The notes: generated by a model from the letters alone, not told the origin. A stretch of 64,000 nt of DNA from Rhina ancylostomus (GCA_030265395.1 JARFYF010000063.1:86478924-86542923); one strand, 5' to 3'. Counted from the stretch's first letter, positions 50,081 to 62,989 are shown. Numbers and translations are program-made.

Positions 50081-51119
50081 TCAAAATGACTTTTTAAAAT
50101 ATAATTTAAATAACAGAATGTTGAGGTGCTGTATATTGGTTTCTATCAATTGACTTGCACTTGTTAACTAACAATGTATGCTATGCACAAAGGCATTTTA
50201 ATGCAACTGGTTGACTATACATACCTCAATTCGTGTCAGAAAAGCCAACTAAACAACGTTAAAAGATTGGCATGTAAAGAATAGAATGTGGATATTGTGA
50301 GAGTAATATAATCACAATCATCAGTTTAGCTGACAGGACAGCTGAAAGTAGCAAAGACTGCTGCGAATGATTGCAGGTTAAGGACATGCACCATCTTAAT
50401 GTAAAGTGCCACTATCTCAAAGCTGTTCTGTTTTCCTGAAGAAAATTAGAAACACAGTAATCCAGCAGCTCAGTGGCGGATTGCCCTGGGCTCCAGAAGT
50501 TGGGCAGGGAGAGGAAATTAAACATCAAGGATGTTCATAGTGAGAATTGGAAGTTGCTCTCTGGGAATTACAGCAGTGTTGTATATACATTAACAATGCA
50601 TGCAGCTCTGCTTCACCAACTTGCCAGAACACGCATTTAATTACTAAACGTAGCAGCTGCAAGAGAAAAGAATTTGTACAATTATGCTATTTCTTGATGG
50701 ACTTCCTACATTGAATTCTGATTTCACAAAGCAGTCTCCTTTACGTGAGAGCAAATATTAACTAATGGAGGACAAAATAAGGACACCATTTCACAAATTT
50801 AATTGGCATATCCCTTCAAATGGTTTTAGTTTGTACTGAATTGCAAGATTATAGTAATTTAAGTCCTGCTTTTTTAACTATACTCCCAGTACACCGCCAC
50901 TTATCCCATTCCATCTTCCTTCAAATATAGCAGGGTGGAGGGAGTAGGGTTTTGTTATTTCCCTCATATGTTCCGATTTCCAACCCAACCACCTCCACCT
51001 ACCCATCTTCACTTAGTTTGAGTTCAAGCAAACCACCTCAAGTCATCTGACTTGGGGTGGTCTTCTCCTGAGTGGCATACCAAATGCTAATGTGGCATCC
51101 ACCCACGTAGCAAGTCGCA

Positions 51120-51250
51120 CAAAAATGGAACGCTGGAAGAATTTAGCGAGTCATTCAGCATCTGTGGAGTTTCGGGCCCTGTATCTGGCCTTGAAGATGT
51201 TGATTGGTTGAGTTCTTCCAGCTTTCTGTTTTTGTTCTAATTCCAGCACT
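51120..51250. mobile_element. Degenerate Penelope-derived fold-back element
   Basis: gctggaagaattta..cagcatctgtggagtttcggg.. pairs with ..tgagttcttccagc; tail attccagca. Confidence 0.5.
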
Positions 51251-52589
51251 TGAAGCCTCTATTGGAGCATGTAATGTGCTAGCGGCATTCTGTGTAACTG
51301 ATTTTATTGATATCATAAATGTAGACAAGAGAACCAGAAGTGGTCTACCTCCCCAAAGAGGATACAGTGGACCTTCCAACTTTTCCCCTACCCCTTCCCA
51401 TTACTGATTTACTTGACAATTTTTAATTCAATTTAGATACTTCAGAGGACATTATAAAAGAAGAATTAAGGAATTATTGTATCATTTTCTTTGCAAATTG
51501 TCTGTAGTAGTTTTTCTGGTTTAAAAATAGACCCTCATTCACTCTTGAATGTCTTACTCTGGTACATCACAAAATTCATCCCAACAAATTTCAATTTTCA
51601 TTTTTTGGGATACAATGTGATGTTTTAAGTTAAACTTCCCTTTCAAAGCAGCTTTGTTTTCCTTTCATCTTTTTACCCTTTAAGAAGTCAACTTGTGGAT
51701 GCAAAGAACTAAGAGACCAAAATACTTTTTAATTTGGGTATTTTAACCGAGTTCCCTATTTTTGTCTCCTGTGACTAATAGTCAAATATACTTGTTCTAC
51801 AACTTGAACAAATGTGAACTGGTGCTTTATAAAGAGTGAAGTTAACCTCTGAAGGTTTGTACCTCAGTTTGCCTCAAAGTGCTTGAGGCACTTAGGAAGA
51901 GGACAAGTCTGTTTGGTTTACAGCTTTTGATCTTCAGCGGCGATGATTGTACTTTATTCTGCTGTTCCTTCATTTTGCATACTATCAGCGTGACTCACGA
52001 ATAATGGCAAAGCTTAAAAGTTTCTCAGCATTGTCAGGTCAAGCTGTGGTTACCATAGCTACAGCTTAGATCCGTGGGTCAGAGGGCAAGTGGATTAATG
52101 ATGTCAGACACATCTTTGAACCTTTTTAACACCGTTTTATTGTGCATTGAGCAGCTGAGCACATTAGATTTGACAAAAGGTTTTTGATTGTTGCAAATAG
52201 GCAGATCTTTGGAGCCGTCTTTTTGATTGAAGCCTTGCACTGTCACAGCGGAATGCATAAAGGGGAGTGAGGAATGCATGTGTGGTGGTCATCAGCCACA
52301 CCTTGTTAGATTCGATGTGGCAGAAGCAAATTGTGAGCAAAGGGAGAGAAAAGCCAATGTCACGAGAATCTGTCTCTTACCCCTTCATTTCTCTGATCAT
52401 CTCCTTTTGATCCTTGGGTCTTAGTATTGAGACATTGGAAGCTTCAGTGAATGCACGTAAAATGAAAGAAAATATTTTTATACCAGACAAACAATTTTTT
52501 TAGATTATAAATTGCCCTCCTTGAAAAATAATCACAATTTTGAAACAATTTATTTTGGCTATTGCGCATTGCTAATAAGATTTACTAAC

Positions 52590-53017
52590 AAAAGTTACGA
52601 GCCATTTTGGGCCCTCAAGCCTTCTGTACCATTCAATAAGGACATAAATAGAGTTCCAAAAATTCATGACCGGGGTGAAAGTAATTTAAATTTCTTGTTG
52701 GTATGGACATAATACCAACATTGCTGAGTTAACCCATTTGTACTGTTTGTTTCAGTTACCATTTCTACCAGTACACAGTACTGGCTTAATTACATCTGTT
52801 TATGGCCCTCTGATAGAAAAACCTGTATGCCATCTTGGTCTTAAATGGGCAACCCTTTATTTACAAACAATGACAACTAATTCTGGATTTTCCCTCATGT
52901 GACAACCTGCCCTTTCCAAGTATTTGTTTAAAAAATCTTCTCTGAACTGTTTCCAACTGATCAACATTCTTCCTTAAATAAGGCTGAAATTGCACTCTGT
53001 ATTTGATCTCGCTAATG
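52590..53017 (-). mobile_element. CR1 LINE 3' fragments
   Basis: ORF remnant VQFQPYLRKNVDQLETVQRRF..GRLSHE; tail gccattttgggccctcaagcct. Confidence 0.65.
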
Positions 53018-55480
53018 NNNNNNNNNNNNNNNNNNNNNNNNNNNNNNNNNNNNNNNNNNNNNNNNNNNNNNNNNNNNNNNNNNNNNNNNNNNNNNNNNNN
53101 NNNNNNNNNNNNNNNNNNNNNNNNNNNNNNNNNNNNNNNNNNNNNNNNNNNNNNNNNNNNNNNNNNNNTCAGCATTCAGATAATATGCTTCTTATCTATT
53201 TACATTTTCCCATATTATTTCTTCTTGTCCTCACAACTTTTCCTACTGATCCTTGAGTCATCTGCAGATATAGCAATATTATCTTCACTCCATTATTTAA
53301 TTTAATTTAACTTATTTTCCCTGCACAACCTTTTGTTTAGTATTTAAACCTAAGTTCACTTTAATTGATCATTGAGCCTTGGATTTCTTGATTTAATTGT
53401 CTTTATTTATTACCTATTTTCAATTAAAATGTTCAACCATTCCCAAATATTTAGATTATTATGGAATGATGAAGAACAATCTTGGCCTGAGCAGTCCTGA
53501 AATGTATACTCAGCATAACAATTTTGCTTTCTTCATACTGCAGTTCCCATATAATATACATATAAAAGTAGAACCTCCCATCTGTTGAGTTTAATAAAAT
53601 TGCTCATCCTCACTGAATTAGATTTAAAATATGAAATCAACAGAATTCTGCTAGCCAAGGGTAATAACTCCACCTGTCATGTTTTCACATCAGTTTCGAT
53701 AATCAACCATGATTTCAATCACAGATAGACTAGGCTTGAAGACATATTGGTATTTTAATTCTCTGTGTCTACATTTCCAGAAGTGGTTGATGGCAAAAGT
53801 GCCCTAAAAGCAGTGGCAGATCATGTAAAGTCTGACATGCTGTGAAAGGGGTCATAAACCGTCAGTGGGATAATTGGTCAGATATCGACAGTACATGTGA
53901 AGACATCTGTGCATCTTCTGTTGGAAAGAGGAGACCCCCAGTAAGGCCTTTTTGTCACTAGGGTTTGCTACATTCCTGTGAAGTTGTGGGGGCTTCTGTT
54001 AGCTGAAGGGAGGGAGAAGATCAGTTATCAGTTGCCTGCCCTGCATGCTTCCAAAGCTCTCTGCCCTCCTATGATGTCCCATTATGTGAGGTGGATCCTG
54101 ACTGCAAGCTTCTCAAAACTGAACGGAGCACATCAAAATTCCTACTACTTTAAAGGTCAGCTATTGACCATACTGATGGATGAGCTGGGAACATGCTATC
54201 CTGTATGACCACGTGCTTCAAGCCTTCATGCCTACCCCAGGAAGGTAAATTGGACTTAAACCATCAATACATTTTCAGCAAGCCAAAATGCTTGCACTCT
54301 TATCTGATCGCGATTGAAATGTTTTCCTTCATATCTTCGTCAGTGTAGAGGGTAATGGGTCAAAACATAAATCAGTAAATCTAAATATTGCTCACTCTCT
54401 GCCTCGCTTTTGCTCGCTCTCTCTTGCTCCCACTCCTTCTCCCACGTATGTGCAAACCCACATACATTTTAATACATGGTTAAGCAGCTCTACTACTTTG
54501 CACACTGATCAGTTATCTCAACTTATCTAATCATGCAACATTAAAACAATAAATGATATGTAAATATCTTTTATAAATAATTCAAATTTCCACCATTTGC
54601 ATTTTATTGAGTTTCAATATTTAGTTTTAAAGATAAGAAATATGTGGGAAAATTAGATTGTTTAGTTCACAACTTTGTATAGCATAGTCATGACTTGCTG
54701 AGGTGAGTGGTCAATTTCTTAGCTGTGGATTTTATATAGTAAAATACAGGGATCTGGAGATTAACAGTTCTTTTATTCGTGGTACTGCTGGCACAAAAGC
54801 ATAATCACATGCTTTCAACTTTCTCTACATCGGACTCTCAATGGACTAAAATGAAATGTATTTGAGAATAGTTAAAATGCAGATAATTAGATTAATACTG
54901 CAGTATAAAGCTGCAAAGGCATGTAAAAGACAGCTTATTAGAGATTTTGTCAGTCCTCATTTAAATAGGAGAGCAATCTCCTGATCTAAACTGAAGCCAT
55001 GAATGCCAGCATATTGAATGCTAAAAGTCTAGTCTTCACATTTCCCTTGGGAAGAGAATGATGCCTGGAGCCATATCCTTCCAATAAGGAGTTTTTCATT
55101 CAATTATTAAGACAAATGTTCATAGAGCTCTTTTGTGTGAAAATCCTTTAGGATCAAACAAAACTGAAGTCTTTTGCATTTCTTAAAATTCAACTTGGAT
55201 TCCTTTGATATGATATATTAATTATTTGGTGCAGGAATGGAAGAATTCTAACTATTGCCAATTAGGAGTTTGAGTGGTTAATTGTTAAATTTATACTGAA
55301 TTGTGGAACATTTGTAGTCCATTAGGATGAGCAATTTTTTTGATTTGGATAACTTTTTAAAAAAAAATTAGAGGCTGCCTTTTACCCTAGCTCAAGCCAT
55401 ACCACCAACAATTCTTGAATTATCTTGGAGGGCAATGGTAATCTTAGAGTATGTTCTTTCTCCCACTACCCAATAACCCA

Positions 55481-55771
55481 GGCGTGGTAGTGTAGCAGTT
55501 TGCGTAACTCTATTACAGTGCCAGCAACCTGGGTTCAATTCCGGCTGCTGTCTGTAAGGAGTTTGTACATTCTCCCAGTGGGTTTCCTCCAGGTGCTCTG
55601 GTTTCTTCCCACATTCCAAAGATGTATGAGTTAGGAAGTTGTGGGCATGCCACGTTGGTGCCAGAAGTGTGGCGACACATGCGGGCTGCCCCCCAGAATA
55701 CTCTATACAAAAAAGATGCATTTCACTGTGTGTTTCGATGTACATGTGACTAATAAGGATATCTGATCTTA
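55481..55771 (+). mobile_element. tRNA-derived V-SINE, most complete copy (2 of 3)
   Basis: A-box-like ggtagtgtagcagtt, B-box gggttcaattcc, V-domain, tail gcatttcactgtgtgtttcgatgtacatgtgactaataa followed by atctg/atctt repeats. Confidence 0.9.
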
Positions 55772-57139
55772 ATTTCTCTTCCTTGTACCTTATATCTTTA
55801 TTACCAAAATTACAGTGAAAGGTCCATGGATGTTTTTTGTTTCCAAAGTGAAAGTCTGTTTCGCTAATTCCATTGCTTTTTGCAATCAAAAGGTTGCTTG
55901 GTCTTTCAAAAAAGATTGCCCACTTTCACCTCAATGGGATCCTGACTCATATGATCAAGGCTGCAACTCTTTTGCCTTGAGTATGGACATGTTAATCTGA
56001 TCCTTTCCTCATTCAAACTGCTGCCTAAACTATCAATAAGGCACAGTTCATCAAAAGGCCACACGGTTTCAGCAGTAATACTGCTGAACCTGGTCCCTCT
56101 TTGTTCCTGAATTGCATTACTCCTGGTACCCCATATTTATCCTTATGTTTGAACCTCTTGTTGGCTGTGCCCTTTCCTCTCTCTCTGGCTTCTCCTACAG
56201 TGGTAAAATCCTGTTCTCCCTCTTAGGCTTTCTATCTCTTTGACAAACCTGCTTGTCACATTTCAGCAGTGTGCATCCTCCTTTCCTCACTTTTCTTATC
56301 ATTTAGGGCTCATGCTTCCATTTGTCTTCGGTGATTTCGAGTAGAACGTGAAACCTATTTTCTCATTTTCTTTAGGATTTTAATTTGCCACAAATATATG
56401 CATTACTACTAGCTCTGAACGCAATCTCTCTGGGCACGTTTTTAGAAGTAGAGGGCCACCCAAGCTGAAATATTGTTGATCAAACACTGTTGTGAATTTT
56501 TTTAAAAATTGTTTGGTCATCGGTGATTGACTGAACAGGACATGGAAGCAATTGAGTCATCCAGCATGGATAAGTAGAAGTGAAAGCTCATGGCTTTCTG
56601 CGGCAGGGAAGTAAAACTGACCCTGGACTTAAAAACCCCCTCATTATCGATGCATCTTGGCAGAGGTCAAACCTCTCAGTGTAATTTGCTCCAAGCTAGT
56701 TGAGTGAAACAAGCTACCAAATTTTAAAAAGATTGGAATTCTGGTTGCCTGGTTTGGTTTATCTTGTGGAGAATCTCCTCTGATGCTGAATGACATTCTC
56801 CAGTGTTCCCAGAGCTTCCTTTTTTTAAAAGAAAATTAATTTCTCGCCTCATGACTTCTGTACAATCATTTATGCTGATACTGTTTGTAAATTATTGCAT
56901 AATTAAAATGATAGCAATGAAGATCTTCTTAGGGTAATTGGGAATTACTCCAGTTTTTGCTGGAGTTAAAGAGCCCACTCGATTCAGGTAAAATCAAATG
57001 GCCCTTCTTTATCCTTTGGAAACACTGTGCATCTTAAAGTTTGCAGTTTGATTACAGAAACAGAGAATGAGGTGAGTTCATGCCTTGCATCATTTGGCAT
57101 TCTCTCACAAGGAATGAGTATTTAGTCAGTGACTGATGG

Positions 57140-57415
57140 TAAGATAAGATTTCTTTATTAGTCATATGCACATCGAAACACACAGTGAAATGCAATGTTC
57201 TGGGGCAGCCCACATGTGTCGCTACGCTTCCAGTGCCAACACGACATACCCACAACTTCTTAACCCGTATGTCTTTGGAATGCAGGTGGAAACTGGATCA
57301 CCTGCAGGAAACCCACACAGTCATGGGGAGAACGTACAAATTCCTTACAGACAATGGCCAGAATTGAACCCGGGTCACTTGCGCTGTAATAGTGTCATGC
57401 TAACTGCTACACTAC
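57140..57415 (-). mobile_element. tRNA-derived V-SINE, copy 3 of 3
   Basis: Reverse-complement similarity to 55481-55771; tail repeat taagataagat. Confidence 0.9.
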
Positions 57416-57727
57416 AGGGTAATTGTTTTTTTTACAAAAGTTGTGCCCTCTCAAGAACTTGCACGGGGGAGAAAATTATTCAAAATCCTTGACTATGCAA
57501 ATATTGAATCCCTTTTTAAATTTTGATTTTCAGTATGTCTTTACCTGTGATTTGGTACTGCTGTTTTATATTCTTTGCATAAGTGAAATGAATGAATTTA
57601 ACAGCAAAACTTTTCCCTTGGTTAAACTAATTTCTTTTGAGATTTTTGAATGGCAACATAAGGATCAATCATTCCTACCATAACTAAACAAATATTCTCA
57701 GTTTACACCAGTTTAGATTTTCATAAA

Positions 57728-57930
57728 ATAACAGCTTGCATTTAAATAGTACTTTTAATGTGGTAAAGTGTCGATAGGTACTGATCAGGAGCAATTATCA
57801 GACAAAAGTTGGCACCAAGTCAAAGAACAAAACAGTTGGCCAGGGTGATAGTTTATGGGGATTACCTCAAGAGGGAGAGAAGTAGAAAGGCAAATGAAAT
57901 TAGGAGATGAATCTGGCACTTTTAGGGTAC
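57728..57930 (-). mobile_element. L2-type LINE 3' end
   Basis: aacagcttgcattta..caggagcaattatcagacaaaa..caccaag; related to 33208-33600. Confidence 0.5.
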
Positions 57931-59531
57931 AGCTAGACTCAGGTGTTCCTTAATTTAACATTATTATACTAATTTAATGTGTGCATTAATTTTGGGTAAG
58001 CCAGTTTGGTCCTACAGCTTTGAAAACCTTCGAATGTCACAGCTTGTGCTTTCATTTAACCCCTAATGGTTTTTTCTGCTTTTGTTGACATGAAAGACAT
58101 TTTATTGGTCATTTTTATAATGGGCTTGCTTTTTCTGTATTTAACTGACTGAGAAATGAAGAAGTGTTAACCTTTACCTTTCTGTGCAAGATTCCATTTT
58201 AGATAGCACAACAGAGTTTGACGAGGGTCTTAAAATAAATTCAGAGCCTAATCTACACAATATTTTAATGATTACTTGTTGATCATAGGATTAAATTGAA
58301 TAACCATCTTTATCAGTTCACACACATCTTGATTAAACTTTATTCTTTCCTTCTCTATTTATTTAGGAAAGCATTGATTCTTATTTGGTTGGAGTTTCTT
58401 CTGCCCTTGCCCAAGTAGGGAGTATTTGAGTGCCATTCTTGGCAATAAGTTTCAACAAAATAATTTCTCACAAGTGAATTGATGGAATATATTTAGTCAT
58501 GGATGTTAAGAATTATGGAAATCGGGTTAAGATATAGCCCAGCCCTGACCTATTTGAAAGGTATAACAAGCTCGAGGAGGTGACTAGTTTCTTTCATTCC
58601 TACGATGGCAAAAATTGAACAAAAGATCACAAATTGAATCAGGTATATTACTGGAATTGTCTTTTACCTACTTTGAACATAATGAGATGACTTGTCTAAC
58701 AGTTAACATCGATATGAACTTGCTTAATTGAACTTCAGGTATCCAATGCAAATTTGGAGCTCCAACCTTCTTCTCATCAACCCTACTCATCTGATTTCCT
58801 TCATTAAGAAGTTTATATTTATTAGTTTAAGCTTAGACATGTTGAAAGATGGTATGTTATTAATAAGTGAAATCATGATGCAGTTGACATTAAATATGTT
58901 TTCAATGCAAAATGGAAAAGTCTTGTATTAATTATGGTATAGATCAGGAGTGGGTGTTTTAACACTGTCAAGGTCAGCTTTTAAATGTTTACTGTTATCA
59001 ACAGGAAGCCTCACATCCATTGTTGCAACTGGATACTGCTTGATATTTCATATATTGATGTGTGAAAGGAATCCTTGTGTTGGATAAGGGCAGTTTACTG
59101 CCTTGAAATTCTTGAGATGCAGGCAATTAGCCATTATACAGTAATTGCTTTCGGTAATATTAATTAAAATGGGACACATTATAATTCTTCATAATATTAC
59201 ATTGTAATTTATCTCTTAGTGTTCTTAATGATGGTCTGTTTCAGATTACATCCCTAGTTTTGATCTGTTCATTGCTGGAAAGCCTTAAATACAAACATAG
59301 GAGTTAAGATCAGGAGCACGAGCAAGGATAGGCCGCTCAGCCCCTCAAGTATTATCCAGCTAATTATGGTCGATCTCTTTGTAACCTTAACTTTGCATTC
59401 CTGCCTGCCCCTGTATCCTTAGCCCCCTTGCTTATCAGAAATCTATCACTGCCTTAAAAGTATCCAAAGACTCTTTTCCCACTTCTTGCAGAAGAAAGTT
59501 CCAAGGACACAAAACCCTCGGGGAGAAAAAA

Positions 59532-59578
59532 GCAACAAATTTCACGTCATAGAAGGCAGTGATAATGATTGTGATTCT
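59532..59578 (+). mobile_element. 47-bp extremely 5'-truncated retroposon tail with 7-bp target-site duplication
   Basis: gcaacaaatttcacgtcatagaaggcagtgataatgattgtgattct flanked by GAAAAAA at 59525-59531 and 59579-59585. Confidence 0.55.
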
Positions 59579-60239
59579 GAAAAAATACTTCATCTTAAAT
59601 GGATCTCCCCATATTTTAAAACTTTGATCCTCAAGACTCCCCAGGATCTTGTGTATTTTATTCAAGTTACATCTCACTCTTATAAACTCTATCAGACACA
59701 AGCCCAGCCTCTCCGACCTTCTCTCATGAGACAACCTGCCCATTCGAGATATTAGTCAAGCAAGCCGCCACTGAATTGCTTCCAGTGCATTAACATTCTT
59801 CAGTAAGCAAGGGGACACAGAATTCCAGACATGGGCTGACCAAAGTCCTACAATCTTCCTACTTTTTTAAAAAATTAATTCCCCTCAACAATAAACAGTA
59901 ACGTTGGATTACCCTCCCTAATTACTTATACCTGCATACAACAAATAATTACTTATAACTGCATTCTTGTCTTTTGCAAATCAAACATTAGGACACCCAG
60001 ATCCTGCTGCATCTCAGAGCTCTGAAGTCTGACCATTGAGATAATGTGCATTTTTATTTTGCCCAACAAAATGGATAATTTCACTTTTTCACACATTATA
60101 CTTCATTTGCCAGATCATTAATTATTTCCTTAACCTATCGACATCCATTTGTAGCCTTCTTATATGCTCCTCACAATTTAATTTCCTATCAATCTTTATG
60201 TTATTAGCAAAGTTAGCAATGATGCTTTCATCCAATTAA

Positions 60240-60560
60240 TTAAAATTCTAATCCAGCATCTGCTCAGAAATCCTGATGGTCCGGCACCTGGCTCATTCAT
60301 TAGTCAGGAATGTGAGCTGGGGGTCCAGTGTGCAAGTGGGGTATACAGCCGAAGCTTCGATTGAGGCCAGGAATGTGGATAGGTTTACGGCTGGAGCCAG
60401 GATCTGGATTGCTTATACATTTCCTCTGCTCTCTTTAAACTCACTGTGTACACTGGAAATATTATTGGGCTCTTATAATAACAAAATAAAAAAAGTGACA
60501 TAAATATGGGTTCAGGTATTAATATGAGCACCATCCAGTATTCTAGAAAATATGCCTGTT
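60240..60560. mobile_element. Second, more degraded copy of the Tigger-like MITE
   Basis: Collinear blocks shared with 42513-42807: gaaatcctgatggtccggcacctggctca, cactggaaatattat, catccagtattctagaaaatatgc. Confidence 0.6.
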
Positions 60561-61009
60561 AAAATCTCAAGAAAGTGAGATTATTAGTATTTTATTGTAT
60601 ATAAATTGCAAAGTGTCGAGGCCCCAGCACTGATTCCTGTGGTACTCCACTCAAGTGCCAACCACTAAAAGACCTATTTATGCCAACTGTTTGTTTCCTG
60701 TTAGCCAGCCAATCCTCTATCCACAGCAATTTGTTACCTCGTACACCATGAGCTTTTATTTTCTGCAGTGAGCTTTGAAGTGACTTATCATGATTTCCCT
60801 TTCACAAAGCCATGTTGGCTTTGACTGATTATCTTATTTTTTTTCTCAGTGTCCTTTGATAATATATTCAATAATAGCTTCAAACGTTTTCCCTTTGACA
60901 GATGTTCAGCTAATTGGCCTGCTTACTGCCTTCTTTTTCTGCTATTTAATCAAATCTTCCTTAATTTAGGGAATTTTAGAAAATTAGAAACGATGCATCA
61001 ACTCTTCCA

Positions 61010-61125
61010 ACACACACAAAATGCCGGGGGAAATCAGCGGGTCAAGCAGCATCTATGGAGGGAAATAAATAGTTGATGCTTCGGGTCGAGACCCCTCATC
61101 AGGACTGGAAAGGAAGTGGACAGAA
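61010..61125 (-). mobile_element. Penelope-like element terminal repeat (runs into an N gap)
   Basis: aaaatgccgg..tcagcgggtcaagcagcatctatggaggg..ttcgggtcgagacccctcatcaggactgg; same arm as in the fold-back elements. Confidence 0.7.
61071..61106 (-). ncRNA. Decayed minimal type I hammerhead ribozyme motif
   Basis: Minus strand agtc-CTGATGA-g-gggtc-tc-gaccc-GAAG-CATC-aact: intact CUGAUGA box and stem II; GAAA core and the usual ACGTC/GACT positions are mutated. Confidence 0.6.
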
Positions 61126-61277
61126 NNNNNNNNNNNNNNNNNNNNNNNNNNNNNNNNNNNNNNNNNNNNNNNNNNNNNNNNNNNNNNNNNNNNNNNNNNN
61201 NNNNNNNNNNNNNNNNNTTGACATTTTTATGTAATTTGGTTCTTGCATTCCTAATTTTTTTCATCTTTATCAGTCTT

Positions 61278-61860
61278 AGAGTCATAGAGCACTACAGCAC
61301 AGAAACTGGCCTTGCGGCCCACCTATTCCATGCCAGTCTGATTTTCTGCTTAGTCCCATATATTTGAACTCAGACCATTCCTCTCTCATTCATGCCCTAT
61401 CCAAACTTCCCTTAAATGTTACAATTCAACCCGTGTCCACCACTTCCATTGGAAGCTCATTCCACACTCGTACCACCTCTGAGTGAACAAGATCCCCCTC
61501 AGATTCCCCTTAAATATTTCACCTTTCACCCTAAACCTATGTCCTCTAGTTTTAGTCTCACTTAACCTGAGGGGAAAAAACCTGCTTGCAATTCACCCTG
61601 TCTATACCCCTCATAATTTTGTATACTTCTATAAGATCTCCCCTCATTCTCCTGCATTCCCAGGGAATAAAGCCCTAAGCTATTCAACCTATTCCCTGAT
61701 ACTCAGGTTCTCAAGTCCCGGCAACATCTGTGTAAATTTTCTCTGCACTCTTTCAAGCTTATTGCTATCTTTCCTGTAGGTACGTGACCAGAACTGCACA
61801 TAATACTCTAAATTTGGCCTCGCCAACATCTTTTCAACTTCAACATAACATCTCAACTTT
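61278..61860 (-). mobile_element. Relatively well-preserved 5'-truncated CR1/HER1-type LINE
   Basis: Tail agagtcatagagcactacagcacagaaactggcc; ORF2 C-terminal signature ccggcaacatc..gtaaattttctctgcactct..ccagaactgcac. Confidence 0.85.
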
Positions 61861-62330
61861 TTATTTATTTACTTTTTTATTATATTTGTATTCTGCCCAA
61901 TCTTCTGACCTATCACCCATCTTTGTGAACTTACTTTGTTTGTGTGACTTGATGCTACCTTTAATGTTGGATGGTGGGTCTCTTCCTTGTAATTTTTCTT
62001 TCTCATTGGAATTCCGTGCATTCTGAAGGATCCCTTCAAATGTCTGCCACTGAATCTCAATGAACTGATCCTTTAACCGAATCTGCCATTTTATTTGAGC
62101 TGACTGTGCTTTCATGACCATATAAATGTCCTGATTTAAATTTGAAATTCTTATCTTGAACCCATTTTTCTGTGTCTCAGACTATGACCAATGCTACCTT
62201 TGGGATCCTTCATGATGAAGTCATTAACTTATTCTTCTTTGTTGCCCTATTCCAGGACTAACATAAACTGCTGTCTGGTTGTCTCCAGAATGTGCTGTTT
62301 TAAGAAAGTTTCTCAAAAGTATCCAGGTAA
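61861..62330 (-). mobile_element. Older CR1 ORF2 fragment (endonuclease-RT linker)
   Basis: ORF 61861-62121 WQIRLKDQFIEIQWQTFEGIL..SEDWAEYK. Confidence 0.55.
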
Positions 62331-62689
62331 CCTCTCCCCCATGCTGATGTATCGCAGCCTCACCATCAGCTCAGTTGCATTGAGCCAAGGCTTCTTGAGT
62401 TGCTGATGTTTGCCCAAAATCACATTAACACATCCAGGAGCTTCCACGTACTGCAGCCATGACACGTTATTATATATACTGTTATTATTGCTGTTATTAA
62501 CTAAATTGTTTTGTACAAATACTTTGCTTTTTTTATTATTATCTCTCCCCCCCCCCCATTCTGTACCACCTTAAACCTTAGGAAAGAATGGACCTTAACT
62601 ACTTACCAGATATTCTTACCAAATAGTTAGCTTTCTTTCTCTGTCTCCCAGCACTGTCGTGAGCCTGTGAAGTGAAAAAAGTGTCAGAA

Positions 62690-62790
62690 ATGTCAGGAGG
62701 GAAGGGTTAGATAGATCTTAGAGCAGGGCCAAATGTCGGCACAGCATTGTGGGCTGAAGGGCCTGTACTGTGCTGTAGTGTACCATGTCA
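62690..62790 (+). mobile_element. CR1 3' tail (same family as 5447-5590)
   Basis: gggttagatagatcttagagcagg..atgtcggcacagcattgtgggctgaagggcctgtactgtgctgta. Confidence 0.75.
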
Positions 62791-62989
62791 GTCAGCTACC
62801 CACGTTCCATCAACATCACACTTTCAAACTAATGTCGTATGAGTTGTTCCAACCAGCACTGATCTTTATGGAACATCACTATCTATTTATAATGCAAATA
62901 GCTGCCCTTTCCTCCAATTCTTTGCTTGCAATCTTGAGGCCAGCTCATAATCTATTCTGACCTTATTGGCCTATAGGGTTTAATGTAAT

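Larger units (their letters stand above)
59292..61000 (-). mobile_element. Degraded CR1 LINE carrying nested insertions
   Basis: ORF 59435-59743 GRLSHERRSERLGLCLIEFIRVRCNL..KIL; gaggccccagcactgattcctgtggtactccact (SGVPQESVLGPR) at ~60618-60652; aagccatgttg (QHGF). Confidence 0.8.

Noticed and set aside
55481-55550. tRNA gene
   Set aside because: tRNA-derived SINE head; no complete cloverleaf, and it continues into the V-domain.
55392-55889. 165-aa ORF, with similar peptides at 57166-57492 and 22055-22306
   Set aside because: Translations of V-SINE sequence; similarity between them reflects the repeat, not a gene family.
56068-56088. Near-perfect 21-bp palindrome TTCAGCAGTA-A-TACTGCTGAA
   Set aside because: A single 10-bp arm palindrome is plausible by chance in 64 kb; no associated feature.
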